Source: Eledone cirrhosa | Lineage: Eukaryota | Assembly: GCA_964016885.1 (NCBI GenBank) | Contig: OZ024747.1 | Span: forward strand, 36,642,001 to 36,706,000 | DNA: 64,000 bases | Reading direction: 5' to 3' | Shown: piece by piece, positions 14,075-25,676 of the stretch | How positions within the stretch are numbered: the stretch's first letter is position 1 | How the letters are laid out: each line of letters starts with the position of its first letter | Made by a program: the position numbers and the translations under genes | The notes under the pieces: generated by a model | Told to the model about the DNA's origin: nothing | The model's input: the letters and a program-made list of their open reading frames with translations, nothing else | Databases searched by the model: none

Positions 14075-15052
14075 ATGGCTTTCCTTACTCAAGGCGAAAT
14101 TGAAATCGTCTTGAAAGAGGCAATGCCAGGCATACACTTCACACAAAGGGCTAAACCATATGGAAGCATTTCGGTGCTCTTCAAAAGTGAGGCCCTTGCG
14201 AAAAAATACTCAGTGACCCCGGTTACGTCTGCCACACACACCTTTTTCCCTACATACATGGGAAAAAGAACACAAAAAATAACCATTACCAATATTAACA
14301 TCTGGTGGATTCTGGCAGGGTTCTTGGAGGAGGATGAAGACACAATACTGTCGATTCGAAAATCCACAAGAAACACCTGGAACGGCACAAGCTTGGAAAT
14401 TTTGGTTCAAATGGAACCGGACAGAATTTCCAAGATACCAGAAAGAGTGCCAGTAGACAATACAAACTATATCCACATTTCGGCAGAATTGTGGAGGCCA
14501 CATTGTTTTAAATGCGCAAGCACATCGCATTTAAAGGCCTCCTGCCCTCTCTTTCGCACAAACACTACCACCCCTCAAAAAGTACTTTTACCAACACCAA
14601 CTCCAAAACCACAAAAACAACAACACACACAACAAGCAAACACACAAAAACGAACAACTGCTCAACCACAAACAACAGAAAAAACACAAACAATTCCCCT
14701 GAAAAACACAGTCCCACCCCATCCCACTCCATCCAACACTATCACAATCACACACACAAACACACCATCACCACACAACATACCCCTCCCACAAGCCCCT
14801 GATGACGATTCATCGCCAGACGAGGCTACTTCTCCATCCCCAAGTGAAGATGAAGGAGAGCTTCGGAAATCAAAATCACAAAAAAGAGACACCGCAAAGC
14901 CAAAAATAAACACCAATCAAACACAAACACACAACCACCAACACAAACAACAACACAAACAGAACCACAATCAAACCCCCTCTACCAGCAAAACAAACAC
15001 CAACACCACCCCCAACACAAATGCCCACCATAAAAAGAAAACTACAAAATAA
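14075..15052 (+). CDS. LINE ORF1 remnant (zinc knuckle)
   Basis: CFKCASTSHLKASC (CX2CX4HX4C) followed by a T/P/Q-rich tail. Confidence 0.8.
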   Translation: MAFLTQGEIEIVLKEAMPGIHFTQRAKPYGSISVLFKSEALAKKYSVTPVTSATHTFFPTYMGKRTQKITITNINIWWILAGFLEEDEDTILSIRKSTRNTWNGTSLEILVQMEPDRISKIPERVPVDNTNYIHISAELWRPHCFKCASTSHLKASCPLFRTNTTTPQKVLLPTPTPKPQKQQHTQQANTQKRTTAQPQTTEKTQTIPLKNTVPPHPTPSNTITITHTNTPSPHNIPLPQAPDDDSSPDEATSPSPSEDEGELRKSKSQKRDTAKPKINTNQTQTHNHQHKQQHKQNHNQTPSTSKTNTNTTPNTNAHHKKKTTK

Positions 15053-15427
15053 ACAACAAACCAAAACAACACAACAACAAAAAAACAACAATATACATAC
15101 ATTAACAAAAACAAAAAAACCTAATGGCGGTCATCTCCCGAGACCCCAAAGCAGAAACTGAGAGAAATCTTTTGTCAAGGCAGACTCTCAACCACAGCTA
15201 AAACTGATAAGGGTTTCGATAGAAACCTATCAGAAATTAAAAGAACAATTTTCGCAGGACGTTGGCAACCCCTGTCAAAAGCCCATTAACCGCGTCCTAT
15301 TAAAATTTTTCCGCACCCCACCCAACACCCACACCAGAACCCAAATGGAGATTGAATAAGCCGATCTCCAGGAAACGTAAATTAAGTGCATATTTTCGTC
15401 TTTTTTCGCCAACTCTTCTCCACCAAC

Positions 15428-18400
15428 ATGGCTAATTTACGAGTTGGAAGCGTGAATGTGCGTGGCCTAAGGATGCCCTGGAAACAGGGCCAATTTTTAA
15501 ACGACCTTAGGTCACACGGTATGGATGTGATAGCCATCACCTAGTCCAGGATCCACAACAGGCAGCAACTAACCCTCATCTTCAATTACTTTGAGATCTA
15601 CGCATCTCTCTGTCAGCTAGGAGGTGGAGGGGGAGTGGCTGTCATGTTTCGGAAAAGCCTGGACGTCGAAGTACAGCGAGTACACTTGGACCAGGAGGGT
15701 AGACTGGTAGTCCTAGACGTAAACAGTGTGGGAGATGGAGCCTTCAGACTGGTGTCCGTTTATGCCCTGACTGGGCAATCACAGCCAGACTTCTTTCAGC
15801 GTCTAGACTCTTTTCTGGGAACGTCTCGCTCCTTGCTTTTAGTGGGGGACTGGAATCGTATCCTAGACGCACGATGGGACTATGTAGGATTATGTCCCAG
15901 TAGAGGGGGGGGGCAACAGCCTCAAACATTTAATCGGTCAATTCCAACTGACCGATAGGTATCGACTGGATGTCCCGACTGCACCACAGTGGACGTGGAC
16001 AAATCGTAGCTGGACATCTAGATCGTATTTAGAGAGGTTCTTTGTTAGAGAGAGAGGCAAGAAGATGTTAATCTGTCCACAAATGCACATGGTTGCCTAT
16101 TCAGACCACAACCTAGTCATCTGCATAGTCTACCATGATAGAATACATAGACAAGGACCCGGATGCTGCAGGCTGAACGTGTTCGCTACCGGCACGTAAA
16201 AACCTACATTGAACGTAGATTAGTTAAGCAACAATTGACGGGAGGCATCGTCAACAATAGATAGTGGTACTCCCTCAATAAAGCAATTAGAGTAGAGCCG
16301 ATAGACTTTAGCAGAGAGTTAGCCTTAGAGAAAAACAAAACAGATATGGAACTAGTAGTCAAGGTAGAGGAGGTGCTTAGAAGTGGCAACGTAGCTAGAG
16401 TGCTAGCAGCGAGAACGGCACTGGCGAGCGAGGAAAAGCTGTTAGCTGGGCCCGATGGCAGAGGCGAAAAGTGGCAACAAGTCCACGATTCGGTCTTTGA
16501 AAGACCAAAACGAACGCGTGCTGCTTGAGGCCAAAGGATGTGCGCGGCCTTTCAGCGGCACTTTGCGCAACTGTTCGAGCAGGGTGGCGGTGCGTCGAAC
16601 GGGGCAATGGTTCATACCGCGACGACCTGCCGCATGTCTTGAGCATGGACGCCGAGTTCTGCGAAAGACCGATCACAGCCACTGAGATACGGGATGATCT
16701 GGGCCGCTGCGGGAAACGCAAATCACCCGGTCTAGATGTTCTATCCTATGAGTTTTACATAGTCATGCCGGACTTATTCTCTGGCGTCCTCGAGGCCGTC
16801 TACTGCAACTGGCTGCAGAACAGGAGAATTCCCAGTTCTGCAGGCAGGGGCGTAGTAACGCTGATCAGGAAAGACGAGGACAAGGGGGACGAACTAAGCA
16901 ACTTTAGACCCATAACTCTGCTGAACACAGAGTTAAAGATTTTGGCCAAGGTGTTGGCAACGAGGTTGGCGCTTTCCTTCGGGAATCTGGTAGGGAAAGC
17001 GCAAACGTGTGCAATCCCGACCAGGTACAGACACGACAACCTCCAGCTCATGTGATGAATCATAGAGAGGGTGGTTATAAACCCGGCTTCGGTGGGGCTC
17101 TGATCAATTTAGATCAGTCTAAGGCGTTCGATAGGGTCGACCATCGATACTTGTCAGCGGTTGTCAAGTCGGCCGGTTTCGGACCCGTCTTCAGGGGATG
17201 GATTGCCACAATGCACCCCAACATCTGCTCGATGGTCAAGATAAACGGCTACCTATACGAGCCGATCCGACAGGGATGCCCTCTCTCCTCCATTCTGTAC
17301 ATACTGGCTCTAAAGCCACTACTGCGGAAGTTGGAGCTGCTGCAGGGCATCCCGTTGGAACCGGGACTGCGGAAAGCGGCGTCGGCTTATGCCGACGACG
17401 TGACAGTAATGGTGTAGGAAACCTTGGAAATCGGGGCGATCGGCAACTTACTGCAAGAATACGAAAGGCTCACAGGAGCAAAACTGGTCCCGGACAAGTC
17501 TGTCGGTTTGCAGCTCGGAAAGTGGAGAGGCAAACCGCTGCCGCTCGACAGCGTCGTCGGACGCTAGACGGACGGACCGGTAAAATTGTTCAGGGTCTGG
17601 TTCGGTCCGCACTTCCAGGTGGAGAAAATCTGGAACGAGGTCACGGCTAAGGTATTTGCGCTCACCCAGAAGTGGGCAGAGTGCAAACTATCAGTGAAAG
17701 GTCGAGCGGAGGTGGCGAACACTTTCATAGCGTCCGTCATCTACTACCGCTTGACCGTTTTATCTTGTCCCCATGAATACCTCACCAAGATGGAACGCAT
17801 GCTCTTCCAGTTCCTGTGGAAGAAGCAGGCTCCACTGGTGAGGAAATCCGTCTGCTGTCAGCACCCTTCCAACGGAGGGCTGGGAATGCCGTGGCTGATG
17901 ATGCGCAAGCATGCGCTGAGGCTACGGCATCTACCGGTATTCCTCACCGACCCCCAACCGGTGTAGGCACCGTTTGTGAGAAAGGCCTTCCCACAACTTG
18001 TCTCGCTGACGGAGCTGCAATCCTGGGTCAAGCGGAGACCGAAGAAGATGGGGCCTGGCACATTGAATGCGCTCAGGCGCTCACAATCTTCTGTCAAGCG
18101 GGCACGGCAATCACTGGAGACTCCACTTCGACATTCTAGAGAGGGCTAGTACGTCACAAGGGCGACGACGTGCTCGGAGAGACTCTAGGTGTCGAAGACG
18201 ACGAACTCACCAGTCTGTTTGGTAGGACATTCCGCCCGGGACCTATGGACAACTTCCAGAGGTCCCTGGTCTGGGAGTGCTATCTAGGAGCTCTACCAGT
18301 TCATGACAAGATCTACAGGCACGGATCCTTCCAAGAGGACGTGTGCAAGTTGCGAGCAGGACATTGAAACCGTTCTGCACGCAATTGTACACTTCCCGGG

Positions 18401-18760
18401 CGTAACAGACCTGTGGAACTACGAAGAACAACTGCTGTCACGTATGCGATAAATCCAGTTGACTGCCGAGTCCATAGTAAGGATCAAACCGCCAACTTCT
18501 TTCAAAAACGAAAGAGAAGCGGTTTTCCTCTGTATAGTGGCTACGATGAAAGAGGTTATATGGTGGACGAGATTGAGAGGACTGAGGACAGATGCCTTTC
18601 TCTCTGGACAACAACTCATTTCCTTCTTTAGGTACCATTTTAGAAGGAGAATCAGAGTGGAGAGAGATGTCCCAGTAAATTTACTTAAAGGTGGGTGAAT
18701 GTGGCAAAAATGGCCCGAGTGATTGGGCCTTCTCTGTATATAAACCAGTAGGTTGAAGAA
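15428..18760 (+). pseudogene. LINE ORF2 (APE endonuclease + RT), frameshifted
   Basis: MANLRVGSVNVRGL, VGDWN, SDH, KSPGLD, FRPITLLNTELKILAK, LDQSKAFDRVDH, RQGCPLS, AYADDV, GGLGMP. Confidence 0.9.
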
Positions 18761-21708
18761 GAGAGCAAAAGGAAGAAAGAAGCACTTGCACAACACGCTC
18801 CTGAAGTTGAGGGTTGTTAAACTACCCATTTGTGGCGCCTCCCACCTATTGGGGATTTCGATTGTTATATTTGTTTGTTTCAATATTTTTACACGATTGT
18901 ATGTAAAATCCCCGGCATGTGTCTTTGTTCCCTTTTCTTGTCCGCTCTTGTGGCTAATAAAGAAATATATATGTCTGTCTATCTCTACTTGCTTATAATA
19001 ACAGCCAAATCTTTTTGCCAAAGCGAACACTTTCATTTTACAATGGAACGACACTCAGGACGACAAACTCATTGATATATTATGTCTATAGAAGACCTGA
19101 ATTTTAAAGCTGCAACGCTTTTGATCAGAATTTCATCATGTAGACTCTTCACTGATCAACAATTCCACTTTAACCCTTGAAATAGTTCAATTATATCACG
19201 GTCAGGATTGAGTAAGAAATTTCTTCTGATTTACAACTTGTTTCATGTACAAATCTAATATTGTGGCCATGTGTAGAACAATGCATTGATTGAAGCGGGG
19301 TGCAGCAGTATTTTCACGAAACCTTCCTCATACATTCCTCAGTTATTTAATTTAAATTTTTTTCGCATTTATTCTATATTTATTTAATTAGATTCAATGT
19401 TTAGTTTATATCGCATTTCAACAATTATCACCATTTCATTTCATTGCACTTTTAATTATAGTTATAAGTATTCAATACATTATTTCGACAAGTCTTCTTC
19501 TACTCAATTTTTTTTTCTTTTTTCCAACCCCTTCCACGTTTTCGTATTCTCCTTGATCTTATGTTGATTTTTCTCTTAGTTGTTACTGCTTTCTTCTTCT
19601 TCTTCTTCTTCTTCTTCTTCTTCTTCTTCTTTCTACGTTTCTATTCTACATATCGACATTACAATCTCACAATTTCCGATAATTATTTAAAATTCACTAA
19701 CTAAATATCAATTTTCCATGCTAATTGTTTCTGTGTGTGAATGGTTAATTTTGAAAATTAGCATCTAATTACAATTATACATTTTATATATTAACATTCT
19801 GTCTCATATCTCAAGGCAAACAAAAGCCCGATAATTAAATATGTATTATGCAGTACATTGTACAGTATTCAGTCTAGAGATATACACAACTATTTATTCA
19901 ATTATTTCCCATGATTAGGTATTCCCCTTTCAGCAAATTATTTCAGTATCACTTAATGTTAAATTAGTAATCGAAATGTGTTACGAAGATGGAAGAAGAT
20001 GAAGTCCAAAAGCGATGTATATCTCCATTGTTTAGAAATCATTAATTCTCCATTATGTATAGTAAACTCGTGACAGACATGAAAACCCTATACATCTTCA
20101 AGCAACATTTTATTCATTTTCTCTGATAGAAACAGTTGTGCCTCAAATAGAATTGAATTATTCTTATATGTTTACCACCGACTAGGACTTTCTTTTTCGC
20201 CACTTAAAACCAGAAGCTAAACATCTTTAAATTTGGTTAATTTTATTGTTAAAATTTTCTATAACACATTCCAATGATTGATTACATATGAAGTTGTCGT
20301 ACTGAAGCCAAAATAACATTCATGTAAATATATTTCAATTCCAGCAATGAACTCACACGTCCTCTTACAAACGATTTCTATTTAATTCGATAAAATCTTG
20401 TTAGAATAAGATTTGAAATAATAGCAGTATATATAAACACTGAATAATGTTAATAGGTTGGTGCCTTTAAGGGATTCTGAATTTCTCTCACCCCGCCCCC
20501 ACCCCCCTCGTGCGCCCTTTCGCTCTCTTTCTTTCTCTTTTCTCTCGTACACACACTTTTCTATCTCTCTCGGCGAATTCAAGATTGATTAATATTACCA
20601 CGTAAGATAAATATTAATATCTATATTAATGGAAGAGAATGTTTGAAGCTATTAGATTTGGAAGAACGTGTTTTGAAATAAACTCCGTGATATTCAATAA
20701 AACATCATTACTATAGTAACTCCAGAAAATGATGTAATTGCTGTCCTGATATACTTACGAGATACCACCATTGCCGAATAGGATGGTTTGGGGCTTGGTG
20801 GTCTCAGAAACCTTAATTCGTCACACTCGCTTGAGACTGAAGTACGACTGTTTAGATCAAATTTTGCTATATCGAACAGTCTCCTCCAACCCAACTACCT
20901 CTGTAAGGACTGTGATACATTTTTCTCAGCCAACTTGACTCCATTGAAAGGGAAAAGTTGAGTGTTGGGCCTATAGTAGTGCGTAACATCTTTCGGTGAT
21001 CTCAACCAAGAGAGCCTACAGTTTTCATGTGGAGACCTCATCGAAGAACTTTTACTTGTTCAATTATAAATAAGAGGTACATGTGTATGTGCTGCAGCTG
21101 TACCTGCAGCAACCCATTCATTAAGATGCATTCCTATCGTCACGTTGCTTCCTGGTAAAGCTGCACAGTTGAAACATCTTTAATACACTTCGGTGTGACC
21201 AATCCTAGAAATTTCGCAGAGAGGGTCCCTTTCCATACTCCATCTGGAACAGCACTCTTGCCAGTTACAACCAGCATTCTCATTGCTACTAGCAATATCA
21301 TCACATGCACCACAGATGTCCAGCAAGTTGAGCTATATACTTCACTATAACTTGTGTTGCCGTTCCACGATATTGTCTTACAACTCTAAGCAATCTAGGG
21401 AAGAATGCTTTCATGTTTTTTTTTTATTTATAGTGTCACCCTATAATATAGCACCATTGCCTTCAAATAGAGGTTTTCGAACGGATTTATAGCTCTTTCC
21501 TCTCTATAGGTTATTCTGATTACGATATCGGCGCACAAGTCTTAAATCCACGTTAATTTAAGGATAATATAAAATGGTTAGTAATAAAATATCGTTAAAC
21601 CTCTAATAAGAAAAGCTTATATATTATTATGTATATGATTTATATAGAACATAACTTAAAATTACTATAGAAATAACAGTCCCAACATTTAAAGAACCAT
21701 TAATGAGT

Positions 21709-21818
21709 GAAGAACGTTTGGAACCTGGGAAGAACGTTTGGAACATGGGAAGAACATTTGGAACCTGGGAAGAACATTTGGAACCTGGGAAGAACATTTG
21801 GAACCTGTGAAGAACATT
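21709..21818. repeat. 20-bp minisatellite, about 5.5 copies (gaagaac[a/g]tttggaacctgg), intronic
   Basis: Direct reading. Confidence 0.9.
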
Positions 21819-23129
21819 AAATATTATTCAAAGTTAGTTGAGTTAGAAATATTTTAATTCACTTACTCAGCATATTTACAGTTATGTGAATGCATAGAAC
21901 ATGCTTTTTCACATTTTCCTGGGACTAATGCCATTTACCATACATTGTAAGTAGAATTTGGTAGACGGCAACTGTTTTGAATTTTGTGGGATGGACTGAA
22001 CCTGTAGTTTAGAAGGCCAGTTTTGTCACAATCTGACTCTCTGAATGTCGATGAGAATTATTTTAAATAGATACACTTATATGTGGAACGCTCAGCCACT
22101 TATACGTTCATTTCAAGAGTAAACTGTTTCATTACTTGAGCAACTGGAATAGTTATCAGCGAAACAAACAGAGATCCAATACATTCTATAAGATGGAATG
22201 ATATATCTTTTAACAGGCGGAATCAACAACACATTTTATTTCTAATGCCTTAAAATGTATGGCTATATCAGAACGTTTATTGATTTATCATTGGCTCAAG
22301 ACCATACATTTGCAGTGCGCTATTATTTACAATAGATCAGGTTCATCCAGTTATAGGCGAGTATATATATTATGGAAGTTATAGAATTGGAGGGAGGAAA
22401 GTTTATGTTGTACATGTCATAGAACATAGGCGGAAGAAAGTAATTGTTGCCAAGATTTGCAGGTGTTTGTGTCGTTCTCGAGAATAGTTACACAGTAAAT
22501 GAAATAAATGTATTGTATCACTACGGGGTCACTTAGCAACTTCATTTCTTGCATCTACAAAAGGATTCATATACCTAGAATTTGTAATCATACTGATCAA
22601 TACTAGTCGGTAACCTGTTCTTATTTGTTAATTTTAGAAGAATGAACGCTACTGTCAATTACTACGGGAATTGACCACATATCCCAAACCAATTTAATCT
22701 TACGTTATCTGCTATAAAAACATTCTCTTATTCAGCTGATATATTGCTAAGGACGAAGATACTCAAGTGGAAATCATTTGTCTGATTAGGCAGTCACGTC
22801 TCCCTCTATCAGGCAACTATATTTTATTACAAACACAATAGCCTAGTGTAGCCAACATATATCAAATATATATGAACGAAAGAAAGCCATGGTAGTAGCT
22901 GGAGCATATGTATGCACTACTGAAAAGAGATTTACAGTAACAAGGGTGAATATCTATATTTAATTGTGTATGCACGATACCGTAACTCATGTGGACGTAG
23001 CACGGACGCCGTATTGATTATACGACGTTTCTAGGGCATTTATAAACCTAGCAAGAGGCCACATCCTCTCCAAGTCTGAATACAGCAGATTTCTCCCAAA
23101 GATTGATTAGGAGTGAGCGAGTGATAGTG

Positions 23130-23270
23130 AATCAACCCCAGTACTTGACTAGTACTATTTTATCTACCTTGATTGAATAAAAGGTAAATTTGACCTCAGT
23201 GGGACTTGAACTAACAAGGCAGAAAGTCAGAATCAACACCGCAAAGTATACTATCCCACGTTCTAACGAC
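23130..23270 (-). mobile_element. Old SINE copy
   Basis: Similar to the reverse complement of the 9437 SINE (ccagtac..tactattttatc..aaaggtaaatttgacctc..ttgaact). Confidence 0.6.
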
Positions 23271-24130
23271 TACTATATTTAATAGTTTGTGTGATTCAAG
23301 TATTTTACAATAATACGAATAATTACAAATATATCGGCATTAATGCAATCAAACTTAAACCTGGTGACAATTGCTTCCAGTAGAAATCAAAGCGTAATGT
23401 TTCAGAATATGTCCTCGCTAAAGAGTACTTCTTTCTCATTTGTGATACCAGCTACAATGAATACCAAATTATTTTCAACATATAATAATATTGTGGAAAT
23501 CATTATAGGAAAATGTTCCAACGAAATATAATCTGACTGATATCGTTATGCTATGAAACTGAAACATTAAATATTAATATAACGTCCTATCATTTCAAAA
23601 TAAAAGCAGAACGTATTGATATATGTCTTGAAATGTATTTTCTGTAATTTATATTCGTTTTGAAAAGCTTGGTGAAAAAAACTGATATCGGAATTGTTGT
23701 TGATTTTGGAATACAAATAGCAGATTTCAAAATTATATTTATAAAATAACTCAACATTTTACAAAAATACTTCCGAAATCGAAATTTTCAAAAAGAGTTA
23801 GTAAATATAGATTTTTTATATGAACACATGTGTATGTATGTAATCGTATAAAAAGATATTGTTTTGAAAACAATTGCAATATTTCTTCTTCATTAGAAGG
23901 AATATTTTAAAAAATAGAAATTTAGACGAACATTGTATTGAAAGAGAATCGCCGGAGGTATATATAAATGTGTATTTGTGAGTGAGCGTGCTGGGGAGGG
24001 GTATATTTGTGACGGCGTGCATATATGCCTCTTCTTAGTTGCATAGATGCCTCTGCTCTGCATATTTATATACGAAACATCTTCCTCTCTCTTTTTCTCT
24101 CTCACTCTCTTTCTCTCTCTCTCTCTCTCG

Positions 24131-24179
<49 letters not shown>

Positions 24180-25063
24180 TAGTATATCTACCAACATATG
24201 TATACAGATGCATACCTATGCTAGCAAATATATAGGTTTAGTCTTAGTAACTTTGTAGTTCAATGCAAGGGGATGCAGAACAATTATATGAAAGACGCAA
24301 AATAAGAGAATTATGAAAATTTACTTACTTACTAAAATTTTCCCTCCAACTAATTAGTTTCGGTAATGGAATAAATATGGTTACGTACCGTAATCATAGA
24401 GAAACCTTACGTCATCAGGGAGTCTATTCTCAGCTAAGTTCCTAGGCAATGCGTGGACACAAGGAACTCATATAAAAATAATTCAATGGATGGAAAAAAG
24501 CGAGCGGGGACTAAATTCCAGGACATTGAAAAAATTCACTGCCTACTTGGTCAGTGGCAAATTCGAAAGTATCAATCACGTGACACTGAGGTTAATCAGT
24601 GAGGAGTGGGATGTTATTAAGACAAGGGCCTGACCACTACCATGAACCATAGTAGTAATTTTGGCAAATTTTTACTCAACAAATAATTTGGAGATAATTA
24701 TAAAGAATTAGTATATCTACCAACATATGTATACATATGTATGCATCTGTATACATATGTTGGTAGATATACTAATTCTTTATAATTATCTCCAAATTAT
24801 TTGTTGAGTAAAAATTTGCCGAAATTACTACTACTATGGTTCATGGTAGTGGTCAGGCCCTTGTCTTAATAACATCCCACTCCTCACTGATTAACCTCAA
24901 TGTCACGTGATTGATTCTTTCGAATTTGCCACTGACCAAGTAGGCAGGGAATTTTTTCAATGTCCTGGAATTTAGTCCCCGCTCGCTTTTTTTCCATCCA
25001 TTGAATTATTTTTATATGAGTTCCGTGTGTCCACGCATTGCCTAGGAACTTAGCTGAGAATAG

Positions 25064-25144
25064 ACTCCCTGATGACGTAAGGTTTCTCTATGATTACGGT
25101 ACGTAACCATATTTATTCCCTTACAGAAACTAATTAGTTGGAGT
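25064..25144 (+). ncRNA. Type I hammerhead ribozyme
   Basis: actcc-CTGATGA-cgtaagg...ccttaca-GAAA-ctaattag-TT-ggagt. Confidence 0.85.
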
Positions 25145-25595
25145 GAAAATTTTAGTAAGTAATTAAATTTTCATAATTCTCTTATTTTACGTCTTTCATA
25201 TAATTGTTCTGCATCCCCTTGCATTGAACTACAAAGTTACTAAGACTAAACCTATATATTTGCTAGCATAGGTATGCATCTGTTTACATATGTTGGTAGA
25301 TATACTAATTCTTTATAATTATCTCCAAATTATTTGTTGAGTAAAAATTTGCCGAAATTACTACTACTATGGTTCATGGTAGTGGTCAGGCCCTTGTCTT
25401 AATAACATCCCACTCCTCACTGATTAACCTCAATGTCACGTGATTGATTCTTTCGAATTTGCCACTGACCAAGTAGGCAGGGAATTTTTTCAATGTCCTG
25501 GAATTTAGTCCCCGCTCGCTTTTTTCCATCCATTGAATTATTTTTATATGAGTTCCGTGTGTCCACGCATTGCCTAGGAACTTAGCTGAGAATAG

Positions 25596-25676
25596 ACTCC
25601 CTGATGACGTAAGGTTTCTCTATGATTACGGTACGTAACCATATTTATTCCCTTACAGAAACTAATTAGTTGGAGT
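25596..25676 (+). ncRNA. Type I hammerhead ribozyme
   Basis: Same motif one period downstream. Confidence 0.85.

Larger units (their letters stand above)
13688..18982 (+). mobile_element. Full-length decayed Tx1/L1-clade LINE with 12-bp TSD
   Basis: TSD CTCTACTTGCTT at 13676-13687 and 18983-18994; ORF1 with CCHC; ORF2 APE+RT; AATAAA near 18956. Confidence 0.92.
11790..22614 (-). pseudogene. Multi-exon pseudogene of a Cys-rich multi-PAN/apple-domain protein
   Basis: GT-AG exons: 22575-22614, 21867-22040 (GKCEKACSMHSHNCKYAE), 20759-21394, 20286-20377 (IVCKRTC), 18995-19096+13376-13687, 12706-13175 (SCISWCQNLHDIVCNSV..KCFLND), 12161-12274. Phases match across the upstream junctions checked; many stops and frameshifts. 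Confidence 0.65.

Noticed and set aside
18419-19054. 211-aa minus-strand ORF
   Set aside because: Antisense to the LINE 3' end, with no recognisable domain.
11790-19100. TGA codons at apparent Cys positions of PAN repeats (selenocysteine?)
   Set aside because: The same exons contain TAA/TAG stops, frameshifts and a LINE insertion; ordinary decay explains it.
21709-21818. CRISPR-like array
   Set aside because: Contiguous 20-bp units without spacers in a eukaryotic intron; this is a minisatellite.
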